NCBI GenBank assembly: GCA_013265495.1
Contig: MU058221.1
Span: 4,882,066 to 4,946,065 of the forward strand
Reading direction: 5' to 3'
Source: Vicugna vicugna
Lineage: Eukaryota
Length of the DNA stretch: 64,000 bases
Shown: in pieces, positions 49,216-62,589 of the stretch
How the letters are laid out: each line of letters begins with the position of its first letter
How positions within the stretch are numbered: position 1 is the first letter of the stretch
Notes under the pieces: generated by a model
Database searches by the model: none
Seen by the model: only the letters and a program-made list of their open reading frames with translations
What the model was told of the DNA's origin: nothing
Translations under genes and position numbers: made by a program

Positions 49216-51602
49216 GTGCATAAAAGGAGAGCTGTGAAGAAAAGCACCTTGGCAATATTTGAATAGTCTGGCTTTTCCTACCCTTGGAGTTTGCTGTCCC
49301 GTGGCCCCAGATCCTAACAATTTGACTTGGTTCAGTCCAGAAGTTTTAAACTACAGCCACTATAAAGGAATAAAGTAAAGAACGCGAGTCTCTTCCAAGT
49401 CTGACAGTCAAGAGAGTAATTTGGAAACTGCCAACCCAAATCCTGAATCAGAGTCTCCATTGCTCCACGATTTAACGAGATGACTGGGCATCAGTTTCAA
49501 GCTGACCCGGCTTTGAGTTGTGCCCTGCTTCTTACTGGCCCTGGGACCTTCTCGAAAACTGTTGCCCTCTCCAGGGCTCAGTTTCTTGCTCTGTGACTTG
49601 GCTGATCTTTCAGGAGTGCTCTGCAGTGAGGGAGGACCTGTGAAGTCCTCGCTGGATGCCCAGTGCTTCACAAGTGATAATGAATGTTAATGCTGCCGCT
49701 GCTGCTAATGGCCACTGTCACCAAATTGTGCAAAGTCCGCGGGAAGTCCGGGAGCCACCGTGCTCACCAAGGAGAGTGCCGGGCATCTCTGCGGTCGCTT
49801 TACCAAACGGTTCCCACACGACCCAACTTTTCCTACAGTTGGGCCGGCTCCAGGGTGCAGAGGCCCCCTCTGGCTTGGCCGGATTCTCTGGCTGCAGCCT
49901 CTGCCGGTTCTCAGAGCAGGGGCATGGTCGAGTTGGACAGCAGTGTACCCGCGCTGAAGCAGCTGTGACGAACATCTGGCTCTGATTATCTGGCTGGGAA
50001 TGGCTGGGGGTGGGAGCTCCGTGATTTATAGATTGCTCCTCTGGCTGTAAATCCCATCTGTAATTGTGACTTCTCTGTCCCTAATTGTTTGCAGAGAAGA
50101 GAGGAGCTGAATGGCTTACAATCCCTGGCAGGGCCGGAGGCTGCTGGGGGGTGAGGCTGGTTGCTAGGACACCACCGCCTTTGTTTTGGTCCCTGCTCAG
50201 CAGTGTTTTTAAGGCCCTGTATACATTTCTCTGTATTGTTAATGTAATTTGTTCAGGCAGTGAACAGCCAAGTTCAGCCGGAGGAATCCGATACTCATAA
50301 CAGAAACACCAGAGGCCAGGTTTTTGTGGTCAAATTAGGGTTTTGAGGCCTAGGAAGAGAATGAAATGTTTGAGCTTGGCCAGGGGGACAATCTCCCTTT
50401 CTCTCCTGCGCTAACACTGGCCTGCGTTCAGCTTCCTTGCGGACCTCGGCTTCAGGGGCGCGGAATCCACCACATTCAGGGCTGTGTTAGGTGGGGAGCA
50501 GGGCTGCCCTTCTGGGAGAAAAGGAATGCAGATTTTATTCAGAAGGGATGAAAGGAAACTAACAAACTGTGGGCAAGTTTGAACCCTCTCTGCCCAGCCT
50601 TCCCCTCACCCCCTCCCCCGCTCCGGGCACCATTTATCTACGCGCCACTCCCGCCCTTGAATTACTTGACTGGTGCGGAAATAATAGTTGGGATCTGCTG
50701 AGAAGGTATGTGACTGTGCAAAATGCAATTTGCCATTTCCGTTGCCCGTGAAGACCCGACAGCCCACTTGCCATCTGGGAACCTCGCATCCTGCTGTGCT
50801 GGGAGTTTTCGGAAATGGTGGATTCCAAACAACTTTCAGTGAGTGGTTAGTGATGTTAACTCCGCTCCTTTTACCCTCCTCAGAAAAGAAAACCAATCCA
50901 AACAAACACACCAGCCCACAGACATTTTCCATGCTTTCTTATGCTTCTAGGATGTGTGCATGTTGTGAAATTAATCAGAGCAGCAGTATCAACGCCCTCC
51001 CTGCCCGCTTTGGAAGAATGCCTGGGGTGCATGCGTCCGTCCATCCATTTAACAATGACTGAACACCTTCTGTGGTTACCAAGTAGAACATGACAGGGTC
51101 CCAGCCCGTGGGAGCTTGAATTGCAGGGGAACAAACAGGAAAACCAGTCCTTACGATACTGACAAAGCAGAATAAAACATCAGGTGGAATACCTGTGAGA
51201 GGAGCGGCTCAGGCTCGGAGGGGTGAGGGGTGGCCCTGGCAAGGGGGTATGTGGGCCAAACCCTGCGGGACAACACCAAGCAGCAGGTCTAGGAGTAGTC
51301 GGGGTCCCGCTAGCCTGCCTTCCGTTCCAGTGATGGGAAGCCCCCTGGAGACGGGAGAGAGCCCCTTCGTCTCAGTGACCCTCTTGTCCCGAGAACGCAG
51401 GAGATTGGTCAGGAGTCTTCAGAGGCTGCCCATCTTCATTCAGAAGGTGAACCTCATGACACGTGGCGTAGGCACCCCTGCTCTAAACACTTCCAGACAC
51501 TGATGTCGTCTTAGAAGAAGCTGATGCTTTATGGGCGTATTCACGCCTCAGTACATGTTCACCAGTGGCTGGACCAGATAAGCCCGTCAGCTTCCTATTC
51601 TT

Positions 51603-51910
51603 TTTAATTTTATTGAGTTATAGTCAGTTTACAGTGTTGTGTCAATTTCTGGGGCACAGCACAATTTTTCAGTCATACATGAACATACATATATTCATTT
51701 TCATATTCTTTTTCACCGTGAGCTACTACAAGATCTTGTGTGTGTGTATGTGTGTGTGTATATATGTATATATATATATATATATATATGTATTTCCCTG
51801 TGCTATACAGTATAAGCTTGTTTATATATTCTATATATACCTGTCAGTATCTACAAATCTTGAACTTCCAGTCTGTCCCTTCCCACCCCACCTCCCCACT
51901 GGCAACCACA
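51603..51910 (-). mobile_element. Camelid L1 3' tail with an internal (TG)n(TA)n microsatellite (about 51737-51791)
   Basis: TSD tcagcttcctattctt (51587-51602) / tcaacttcctgttctt (51911-51926). Confidence 0.9.
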
Positions 51911-53094
51911 TCAACTTCCTGTTCTTGATCGTGATTGACTTCTGTCCCCTTCCCCAAAAAGCCCATACTAGCATTAAATAGCACCAATCAGTTTATATTA
52001 AAACAGTTATTTTTCTCGTCTATCTCCTCCATTAGATCATGAATTCCTTGGGATCAGAAATGGTGTTCCTCTCTCCCCACGCCTAGAAAGGGTACCCGAG
52101 AGTGTTCACTGTGTATTTATGGGGTAAAAATTTCATGTATCTCTGCCTTTTATCCCTTAAGAAATTTGGTTCTCCAGACAGTAAATGCTTGCTTTTCAAA
52201 ATGCTGAAATTAACTTTAGCCGTTTTTGATGGAACTGTTCTAAAATGCATCCTACGCTTTTCTGACTCCTTAAATAATGAAGATGGAACCTTTGTTTTTT
52301 GTTTTCCATTTCGTTTTGTTTTTGATGATTGAGGATCAGCTTATGAATCCCAGTTTTGTCTAGGGCTGAAGTAAAACGAATTTTTCACAGGTTTTTATGG
52401 TATCGTAGAACCATTAAATGTTTGAGTTGAAAGAACAAAAATTTTAAGCCATCTAGTTTGTCTCCTTGTGCAGACTACGAAAACGAACTGGAATCAGCAG
52501 CCAGATCTGACTCGTAGCTGAGTGTATTTTCCGTCATCACGTGCCTTCTGCCTGCCTCTCCTTTCTGCCCTGTCCCCTCCTGAGTAACTGAAATGACGCT
52601 GCTTCCTTTCACCGGGCTGGGGGGGCTGCACACCTTTCTGTTAAGAGGAGGGGATAGCTCTCTGACCTCTGTCTTGTCCTTTTTTTTACTGCATCCCAGA
52701 GTTGGGAGTTTGCAGTACTTTTCTAGATATTATACTTTTAGTGTTTCAAACATCTGTATTAAAATTAAGAACGAGGAACTGTTTAGTTAAAACAGGCCCT
52801 CGTTCCACTGAAAAGTTGGTCATATTGTTCCTTACTAGAGTTCTTGCTCTTTAATCCAGAGGTGGGGCCCCTGGACCTTTACCGGGGATTTTACTGACTT
52901 GATTTAGGAGCACCGCTTGGTTACTGGATGGTCAGATTAAGTGGCAGCTGACCACCTAGACAAAGGCAAAGAGGTGCAGCAATAATACAGCAGGGTGCTT
53001 GGTAATGGGGGGGTCACGGTGGTGATACAGGATGACCAGAAGAGGTTAAATGCATTCTATGCTTTCTGTTTAAAAAGAGAAGCCGGATCAGGGA

Positions 53095-54710
53095 AATGAT
53101 ATTAAAACAATGAGATGGCAAAAATTAAAGTCCAAGAGCACAGGTGTTGACAAGGATGTTGGTTAACAAACGATGCTTAAATCAGTATACCTACTTGGAG
53201 GAGTGATTTGGTGACAGCTAGTAAAACTGAAGCTGCCCGTGTCTTATGACTCAGCAGATCTCCTGCATGTGGTGCGAGGGACGTGACCCAGAATAACTGT
53301 TGTTGCATCGCCTGCAGTAGCACCAACTGGGACATTGCATAGCCATCAGCATATTAACTAAGTAAACAAATACAGCTATATGGTAGAATACAGTGATTTA
53401 AGCAGAGCTACGGGCATAACATGAACGATTTCCTGAAGTCTAATGTTGACTGGGAAATGCAGGTTGCTCAGGATACTCACAATGTAAGAGCATTAATATG
53501 AATGTTTAAAACGCTCCCGAGAGTGATACTTTCACTGTGGTTACATAGAAGAGTGTCCTGGGGCTTAGGAGAGCCTTGCTGAGGGATTGGAGGGTGAGGC
53601 GTCAAAATAGCTACACTTAACTTTCAAATGATTCAGCAAAATAAGTGTGAGCGTGTGCATGTGCGTGTGTGCACCTGTATAGAGGGGAGGGAGGTAAACA
53701 TAAAGCCAATTTGGGACCATGTTAATGATGATAAATCTGGTTGAAGGACAGATGGGTTTTCACTGTTCTTCTCCTACAATTTTCCCGTAAATGTTTTCTG
53801 AATAAAAAGTTGAAGAAAACACCCAGACTGAATCTGTAAACTGTGGCTAATACATATATACGTATTAAATACATGTAAATAAAATTATAGACACATGCAG
53901 AGGTTTGGTAAACAGCACTTTTGGACAATAGTTACTTCTGGGGAGGGTGGGGAAATGAATGGCTGAGATTAGAAACTTTACCTGTGTATCAGAAACACTT
54001 CATTTCTATTTTAAAAAGTCAGGTGAGCTCTGAGATCAGTGTGGGGAAGTGTTAAATTATTCAGTATGGGTAATGGGTACATTAGTGTTACCAGTTATTT
54101 CTTTACTTTAAAAAAATATGTACCTATAGTATTATGTATAGGTAGTTTTATAACTAAAAGTAACGTTTTTTAAAACTACTGAGAAGTAGTTAAATGATTT
54201 GGTTTCATGTGTTATTAGAAAGTATTTTGGCGCTTAAAGGATCATGGAATACCTCCTTCTCTCTGATAGATACCTGTCGGACAGCTAAGGATTAAAAGGC
54301 TCAAAAGAGAGAGGGAAAGATGTATACTGACCCACAGCAACGTATGGACCACATCTGGGTCCTGATTGAAATACATCAACTGTAGGGGGGAAATGATTTT
54401 TAAAACAATCAGGAAAATATAAGAGATATTTTATAATATTAGAGTACTGTTACATATAAAAACATCATAATCATTTTGTAGAAGCTTTTAGAATTCCTGT
54501 CTTCTTGAGATATACAGTGAAATGATGTGCTACTTGGGGTCTGCTTCACAGACGTTTGGGGCTCAAGGTGGGGTGACCGTGGACTGGACGGGAGTAGATG
54601 AACCGAGATTGGCCACGAGCTAGCATGCCTGAGGGCTTAACCAGGCTCCTTATATTATTCTCGCTCCTTTTGTATATGTTTGAAATTTTCCAAAATAAAA
54701 AGCTTTATGT
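53095..54710 (+). mobile_element. Cluster of old L1ME/L1MC fragments
   Basis: 'gatggcaaaaattaaag...gtgttgacaaggatgt', 'ctacaattttcccgtaaatg...aataaaaagtt', 'cttttgtatatgtttgaaattttccaaaataaaaag'. Confidence 0.6.
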
Positions 54711-55085
54711 ATATGTGTATATATTTTTTTCACCTGGAAGATCCAGGATAGGAGTTGAAATGCTTCCCACATAGTTGCGTGTTTGAGCCGGACCAGTAAA
54801 CGGGAGGGAGGGAAGAGAGGGGCCAGCCTGGGCCAGGCCTGGTCAGGAGACCTGCAGGACAAGGGTCTGCAAGCAGTGATGTGTGGGTGTGCGCTTCCAC
54901 AGGTGGACTGGATTTAGTGCGCCGAGAATGAGGAGGGAGAAACACAAAGCAAATGCCCAGGGAACAGTGCACAAGGGACTGTTGACAGCAAAGTATGGGA
55001 GAATGTGCGATTTAACACTGTCTGGCAAATAAGAAATCCTTTAGTCCTTAAAGCCAAGCCCCCATAAGGACTACGCTGTTCTTTC

Positions 55086-55223
55086 CTTTTTAAAAAAAAA
55101 AAAAAAACAGAAGTATAGTCAGTTACAGTGTGTTAATTCCTGGTGTAAGCATAATGTCCCAGTCATGCATATATGTACACATATTCATTTTTATATTCGT
55201 TTTCATTAAAGGTCATTACAAGA
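55086..55223 (-). mobile_element. Camelid L1 3' tail
   Basis: 'gaagtatagtcagttacagtgtgttaattcctggtgta.gcataatgtcccagtcatgcata...ttcattaaaggtcattacaagat'. Confidence 0.85.
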
Positions 55224-55344
55224 TGAGATTTTTCTTAATGTCACTTAATCCTGTCACCCAAATACAACCGTTTAAACATGTGGGTCCTTTCTCCTGGTGT
55301 GTAAATTACATACTTGTTTCTCTTTTCCAACATCAGTGTCTTCA

Positions 55345-55670
55345 CACTATGAACTCATCTACAAAACAGAAACAGACTCGCAGACACAGTAAACAATCTT
55401 ACGGTTACCGGGGAAAGAGGGTGGGAAGGGATAAATTTGGGAGTTTGAGATTTACAAGTGTTATCCACTATATATAAAACTAGATTTTTAAAAAAGTTTC
55501 TTCTGTAGAGCACAGGGAACTATGTTCAATATCTTGTAATAACTTTTAATGAAAAAAATATGAAAATGGATATGTGTATGTCTATGCATGACTGGGACAT
55601 TGTGCTGTACACCAGAAACTGACACATTGTAACTGACTGTACTTCAATTAAAAAATAAATAGATAAATAA
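55345..55670 (+). mobile_element. Camelid L1 3' UTR, same subfamily as 55086-55223
   Basis: 'atgaactcatctacaaaacagaaacagactcgcagac...atgcatgactgggacattgtgctgtacaccagaaactgacacattgtaactgactgtacttcaattaaaaaa'. Confidence 0.92.
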
Positions 55671-57134
55671 TTTTTTTTAAAAAAGACCAAACAAATTATG
55701 AAGGGAAAAAAACACATCGCTGTCTTTAGACTGATGTCTAATTTGGTATCTGGCTTTTTTCATGTAATACTTTACCACAAGCTTTGTCTCCAGTGGACAC
55801 ATAACCATCCCCCTATTTTTAGAAACTCAGGTTTTTCTGGAATTTTACGCTTACAAACAATAGAGCAGTGCGTGTCTTTTATGAGTAAAGATTTTTCTGA
55901 ATTTAGGATTATTACCCTAGAGTGGATTCCCAGACGTGGGCTCCTTGAGTAAAAGGTTAGAAACATTTTGAAGCTCTTGGTCATGTTGCCAACATTCCTT
56001 ACAGTGGGCTGAGCCAGTTTGTTCCTGGGGCTACTGTGGGGTACCCATGTCTCCTGCACCCCTATGTGGCACTCTCTTCTGTAGGGTAGAACCAGTAGGA
56101 TTACAAGTCCTTAAAAAAAAAGTAATGGCCTCGAGTTGTCGATATTTTTATTGGTTTACCTAGACTGTACACCATATATAGTCGCCTTGATTGTGTTGCC
56201 CGAGGAAAAGCTTGACAGGGTAGGTGGATGTCTGTCGCCTTTTAATTTGCTGTTAGTTTGTCATAAAGGAACAAATACCGTAAACTTTCCAAAACTTAGG
56301 CTAAGCTTGGATAGATCCTTTGACTTTTGAAATCGGTTCTCAGGATTAATGCCCTATTTAGTGGGGGGGAGAACATATAAATGTTCCCAGAAACATTATG
56401 GGGTGCATTGAAAATCCTTTGAAACACCTGCAGGAATCTTACTGATGGACGAGGTTGAAAGCAAGCCAGAAGGAACAGCCCGCCTCACCCTGGCTAGGTT
56501 TGACGGGGTCACCAGCCCTTGGGAAATGGGGTCGGTCAGGATGCTCTGGGCTGCAGGGTTCAACTCCGACCTGGCCGCACAGGACATCTCCGCGCAGCAG
56601 CCAGGCTTCCGTTTCTTCATTCCATTCCTCACTTGCTCTCGGAGACCTGAGAATCACTTCGCATCTGAGAATAATTAATTGTTAGCTGAGATCACAGGGC
56701 TATCTGGTCCAACAATTTGTTGTCTGGCCTCTGCCTGGACACCTGCAGTGATGGGGGCAGCCCAGAGCAAACTGAATTCCTCCTCATCCACGTGATGGCC
56801 TTTCACTTTCCGGAAGACAGCCTTCCCGTATCGTCTTCTCTCCACCCTGACTGTCTGCAGATAACGTAGTTTTGAATGTCCCTGACTTGCCTCCCCACTC
56901 TGGACAGAACTCCATTCCCTGGTCCTGGGAGGAACATTAGACACTGAAGCAGTCTTTGAGGGGGGCACCAAAAGTTACTGTCACGTATGTAGCTGTCAGT
57001 TCAGCCATACCCCCTCCCACGCCCTTCCTGCCCTTAGTGGTGGGATGTCTGTGGGTGGAAGACTTGACCTCTGATAGCCTTTGTCTTCATGGATTTATCC
57101 AATTTTCCGGTTGTGTAGGGGTTACACAGACCCT

Positions 57135-57320
57135 TGGGTCAGGGTAGGTTCAGATCCCCCCCTGGGCTAGTCAGAAAGCTCCCTGTGCCTCGGTTTTCTC
57201 AATCTGTAAAATGGGACCCAACAGCTCCCACCTCAGATGGTTATTGTGAAGATGAAGTGAGTTAATGCTAGTCAAGTACTGACCACAGCGCCTGGGTGTT
57301 GTAAGACACAGAAGTGCTAG
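57135..57320 (+). mobile_element. MIR SINE
   Basis: 'ctgtgcctcggttttctcaatctgtaaaatggga...ggttattgtgaagatgaagtgagttaatg'. Confidence 0.8.
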
Positions 57321-57907
57321 CCCTGTTGGGGTGTTTTCGATTTTCACTGTGTGTTCCCTCCAGGTCTGAGAAGGGAGCCTGTGAGATCAGAGGCCAGCTT
57401 GGCGAACAGGTCCGGGCTCAGTAGCTCAGGGCTGGATAGTCAGGGCTCCCGTGCCATTCATCTGCTTTCTGTCTGCTTTCTGTCCTTCGCTTTGGAGGTT
57501 GATTTTGTGGGGTTTTTTTTTTTTTATGTTTTGCTTTATGTGTGTTCAGTTTTGTAATGTTAGTTTAAATCTCTCTCAGCACACTTCCTAATACTCAGCT
57601 TGACCTGTGTGAATCTTCCATGTATTTCTTCTCCATTTTTCTCTAATCAAATTGTCTCCTCTGAGCTCCTGCCTCAGGGCTGTTCATTATTGGGCAAATA
57701 CGGATTATGCATCTTGTCACATGCATGTGGGCGCCATGTTGTCCTGGCCACTGGGGCCACCGCAGGGATGGAGTGTCCTGGTGAAGCTGCCATTCCAGGG
57801 ATCTAGATGACCTCTGTGAGGCTGCACTGACCTTCTGCACCAAGACCTTGAATTTATTCACCTCTGTTCAGCATATGGACGTTAACCCACTTGAGATCAT
57901 AAACTGC

Positions 57908-58056
57908 TTTTTTTTTTAATTTGGGGGGGAGGTAATTAGGTTTATCTATTTATTTATTTAAATTATTATTTTTAAAATGGAGGTACTGGGGGTTGAACCC
58001 AGGGCCTCATGCATGCCAAGCACATGCTCTGCCACTGAGCTACACACCATCCCCCC
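57908..58056 (-). mobile_element. Vic-1-type SINE, long form
   Basis: 'ggggggaggtaattaggttta...atggaggtactgggggttgaacccagggcctcatgcatgccaagcacatgctctgccactgagcta'; short TSD actgcttt. Confidence 0.9.
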
Positions 58057-58365
58057 GTGCACTGCTTTCTTTTCATCCTCTTCCCACTATTTCCTCTCCT
58101 ACTTATTTCCTCCACTGTTAGTTTTTCTTCCCAAATCATACACAGAACGAGCAAGGCCGCAAAAAACAGAAACAGATGAGCTTTGGGTCTTGAATATATT
58201 CATCTTTACCTTCACCGGGTTAGAGAGAACAGAGTCAGGGACTGAAAAGAGTGCGCTGCGCTTGGAACCGGGCAGGTGTAATTCGGGAGAACCGTGCAGA
58301 TTCTTTATTGTTTCATCTTGGCCTGAAGAGTCAGTACCCTGTTTCCTAAAGGACTAAATTCAGAG

Positions 58366-58825
58366 TTTTTTTTCTTTTTTTGGCATACTATAAAATTCAC
58401 TGTTTCTGGAGTACGGTTCTATGGGTTTTGACAAAGTTTACCACCAAAGTCACAGTACAGAACAAGTCCATCTGCCATCAGCTCGGCATCCTCTGAGAGG
58501 CAGCCCTCCCCTGTAACCAGTCCCAAATCCTGGAAACCATGGATCTGGTCTCCACCCCTATAGGTTTTGCCTTTTCCAGAATGACACAGAAGTGGATTCA
58601 TGCAGTGTGTGGCCTTTTGAATCTGGCTTCATTCACTTAATAGAATGCATCTGAGATTTATTATTGCTGCTGCCTGTTTCAGCAGTTCTTTTTCATTCCT
58701 GAATAGTATTCCAGTGTATAGATGAACCACTGTGTGCTGATTCATTCACCTGTCAGCAGACATTTTGATTATTTCCAGTCGGGGTGGTTATGGATAAAAC
58801 ATTCACCTAAAGTTTTTGTGTGAGA
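58366..58825 (-). mobile_element. Old L1 (L1MC/MD-like) 3' UTR
   Basis: 'aaaattcact.ttt.t.g.gtac.gttctatgggttttgacaaa...ttttgccttttccagaatg...ttgaatctggcttc.ttcactta'. Confidence 0.8.
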
Positions 58826-58871
58826 ATAATTTTTTTCCTAAGGCTTTTTACACTTCAGTTCTTTTTCTTTT

Positions 58872-59077
58872 NNNNNNNNNNNNNNNNNNNNNNNNNNNNN
58901 NNNNNNNNNNNNNNNNNNNNNNNNNNNNNNNNNNNNNNNNNNNNNNNNNNNNNNNNNNNNNNNNNNNNNNNNNNNNNNNNNNNNNNNNNNNNNNNNNNNN
59001 NNNNNNNNNNNNNNNNNNNNNNNNNNNNNNNNNNNNNNNNNNNNNNNNNNNNNNNNNNNNNNNNNNNNNNNNNNNNN
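58872..59077. other. Assembly gap (206 N)
   Basis: Run of n. Confidence 1.
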
Positions 59078-62000
59078 TTTTTTTCCTAAGGCTTTTTACA
59101 CTTCTAGTCATTTTACTTCTCATTTCGTATTGTTTCGCTCTGATTGAAAGGCTGTGGGAATTTGCTGGTAGAAGCTATGTCTGATAAATTACAGGTGGCA
59201 GTGCATATTGTGAAGAAACTTTTCCCCCACTCTTTCAGAAAAATGAGATTTCAAGAATTCCCAGACAAATGCCAAAGAGTGTCTCACCTCTAAGAAGTAC
59301 CGGTTTTGAACCACACTCTCCATCCACTGGAATTTATTTGATGCCCCAAGTGAATCGCCTACTTAAATTTTCATTCTTTACCTTTGGGTCGATATTTTCC
59401 TAAATCACAAAAAATACAGCGATGCTGAGCAAATGATAAAGATGCCAGAGGTCCGGGAATCTCAGAACAAGGGTTTGTCCTCAACTTTGGACACATGGGA
59501 AGAAGGGTGAGGTGAGCCGGGGTGTGTAGATGCTGGCATTATCCTGGGTGCTGGGAATGGGATGAGGCTTGGGGATCTGACTTGTTTCTGAAGGGCATTC
59601 CCAAATCCTGCTCTGGGATAATTCCCCAACCACCATTTAATCAGCTCCATTAAAGACTGCCCTGTCTAGTGCACGGTGCTCCAGACACAGCTCTCCTGGG
59701 CTCTCAGTAGTAGCTCAATTGTGTGTAAGTGGCTGTGAAGAGGCTCTGTGTGCTGGATGAATAGGCGCCATCTCCATGGAAACCAGCGCTGGCTGAGGGG
59801 CTGACCTTTGACCCACTTGTTGCCACCATACTGTTAACCACTGGTGCCTCTTGGGTGGAGAAAGAAAGCAAGGAAATGGCTGTCAAAGTTGTTTTCATTT
59901 TCCCTTAGTTTAAGCCTGAGTCCATACTAAGTAGAAGTAACACACCAATATTAATCCAAAGCGCTCGGATTTTATGAGTTTAATTTGATGATGGATTCTG
60001 CCCGTCCTCCCCTGCCCTCTCACAAGCCTCTTCCTCGTCCTACAATGCAGAAACCCAGCCCCGGGTGGCAGGACTGGTTTGTCATCCCCCCTCTGGAGGC
60101 GCCCGGAGCGTAGCCCCTAAGGGGAGTGTCTGGTGTGACCGGGCGCTCACTCCCTCACCTGTGCAGTGGGCCTGTTGCTCTTCCTGCGACCCAGGACCTT
60201 GCGAAGCTCAGTGAGGAGGCGTGTGCCTGTGAGGCTCTCCACTAACCCAGGCATTAGGGTCTCAAGTGCAAGGATAAATCACGCACCTTTTTGGTGACGA
60301 TCAAACCTCGGCCGTGTGACAGCCTTTCAGATCGGCCAGGGTGGCTTTAGCAGCTCTGCAGGGATTCCTGTGTGTGTCAGCAAGTGCTGTAGTCCTGGTG
60401 GGCACTCTCTGAGTACAAGCAGATTTTTTTCCAAGCTCCATCCTTTGCTCTGAGCTGACTTGGGTTGTCCTGGACCCCATGAAGACATCACAGACAGAAT
60501 CAGGGCTGTCATCCCCGTGTTTCCCTGCAGAGGGGCCCCCGGCCGGGGTCAGACCCCAGGGTCTCCTCTCCTAGGTGTGTGGCGGTGGCCTCTGGATGAG
60601 TTTGTGTAAACGTGCTGCTTGACCCTGGGGCCCAGAGTGTGAAAGTGTTTCAAAAGAAATCTGACTTGTCAGGTTTCTAGCTGTGGCCACCCCATCAGAC
60701 AAATCAGGTAATCTGTTGAAAAGGAATATTTGTTAATCCCTAAGTAGAAAAGCAAAGTGACCCTTGGTGCCTGCAGTTCTGAGACCCCGGGGGCGGGGTG
60801 GGTGGGGTTGGGCAGGCCGTATGTATTTATCTGTCTGAGAATGTGTCACCCTGAGGGAGTGGACCACAGGAGGCAACAAAAGCCCCAGACTAGTTCCTCG
60901 GAGAAATTTAGTCAGAAGGCAAAGTAATAATTCTTCTTTAGAGACAGAAACCTCAAAAGTTCCATGGCTTTCCAGGAGTCACTGTCTTGAGCTCTTTCAT
61001 TTGTCCTCTGATCGGATTTAATACAGGCCAGTCTGGGGTACTGCCGCCACTACCTACCCTAACGAGGAGTGCTTGAGACGTGTCTGGTCTGGTCTTCCCG
61101 CCTGGCTTGGACTGTGGTCACGGAGCTGATCGCTGGGGCACATCTTAGGTCTGGAGATGTCCAAAATGCTTTCCAAGTCTTTCGCTAGTTAATTTACTTA
61201 GTTTAGTTCTAAGATGCTTGTTAGAACTGGACAGTTTGTCTAGTGGGAGTGTTTTTTCCCCCTGCAGCTTGCCCGCAACTTGCTCAAGCCTTGGATGCTG
61301 TGATCCTCAAACAAGGATGCCGGCTGCAGTTGTCCCCGGTTGGAACCCTGGTCCCCTGGGGGTCTGCGGTGTGCCTACCTTTCCGTTGCTTACATTCTGG
61401 GACTCAGGTCGCGCGGAACAGCCGCTGGTCCCTTGGGCCGCGGAAAGGCAGCCTGCGTAGGCGTCCACGAGCTCATTTACTGTAAGCGGTTCCGCATGCG
61501 TTTCCAGTCCCCAGAAAGTGCCATTATCAGCGGATGGACCACTTACAGGAGGCAGGGTTGGGGTAGCATTCCCACTGCCCCAAGTTGTGGGGCGCCGGAA
61601 ATATACACACATTAACCCGGGGCTTGGGGAGGGGAGAAATGAGCGTCGGTTCGTTCTGCAGCTGTGTAAACAGTCCAGGGGGAGAGGGGCGAAGCTCAGG
61701 ATAATGGGGGAGGGGGGATGCCCGATAGAGGGGCCTCCCTGGGGGCCCTGGGAGGACTGTGAGTCCGGTGGGGGAGGGGCGGGTAAGAGTGTGACGCGGA
61801 AGGTGGCGGGGGCGGGTACACAGGCTCCCAGGGTTTTCACAGGCGAGGACACTTCCGCGCAAGGAGGGCTGATGCCGAGTGATGAGAAGCATAAGTGATC
61901 TGGGCCTACTTGACCTAAGGAAAAGGAATGAGGGGAAAGTGATTGGAGAAGAAGGTGATGGGGGCGGGGGGGGGACCCGCCAAGGAGGGGGCGTGGCAGA

Positions 62001-62384
62001 TGACAGGCCCTGCGCCCTCGGGTCAACGGCGGAAAGGCTCTCCTCCTCCACTCAGTCGTTTGTTCCAGCAGCAAATGATTATTAGGTTCCTGCTGTATAC
62101 CAAGAACAGTGGCAGCGGCCCGGGGGTGGAGATTCCATGTAGGACACGGGCCCTATTCACAGAGAGTCCGTAAGCCGGTGGGGAAGAAAGGGCAGCACAC
62201 AGACGACTCCACTCCGAGTCCTTTGTGTCCCTGGAGGGGTGTTGGGGGGAGGGGTGTTGGGGGAGGGGCGGGGCTGCAGGAGCACATTGCGGTGCGGGGA
62301 GGGTTAGAGCCTTAGCTGGGGTCTATCTTCCAGGTCCTGCGGGAAGGGCTGGAGCAAAAAAGGCTAGAAACAGTGACAGGGCAA

Positions 62385-62530
62385 GCGGGAGCGTGGCTTT
62401 GGAGCCAGGTCAGGGTTTGAACCTCAGCCGCCACCGAATGAACTGGACTCTTTCATTTCCTCCGAAATGCAGATGACGGCAGCTCTGAGGGTGGGGGATT
62501 CAATGCAGCATTTTACCCAGAACGTCGCAC
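62385..62530 (+). mobile_element. MIR SINE
   Basis: 'gtggctttggagccagg.cagggtttgaacctcagc...ttcctccgaaatgcagatga'. Confidence 0.6.
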
Positions 62531-62589
62531 GTGTGTGTTGTAGGAACTGAGCCCTCGCGCACGGCTGTGGGCACTGCTCCGGGGTCTTC

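Noticed and set aside
57364..57409. Candidate exon after 'ttccctccag'
   Set aside because: Weak donor (GTccgg), immediately next to a MIR, no homology recognised
58816..59184. ORFs spanning the N gap
   Set aside because: Artefacts of translating Ns
61307..62074. Longest ORF (255 aa, - strand)
   Set aside because: Pro/Ser-rich low-complexity translation of G-rich DNA, non-ATG start, no recognisable domain
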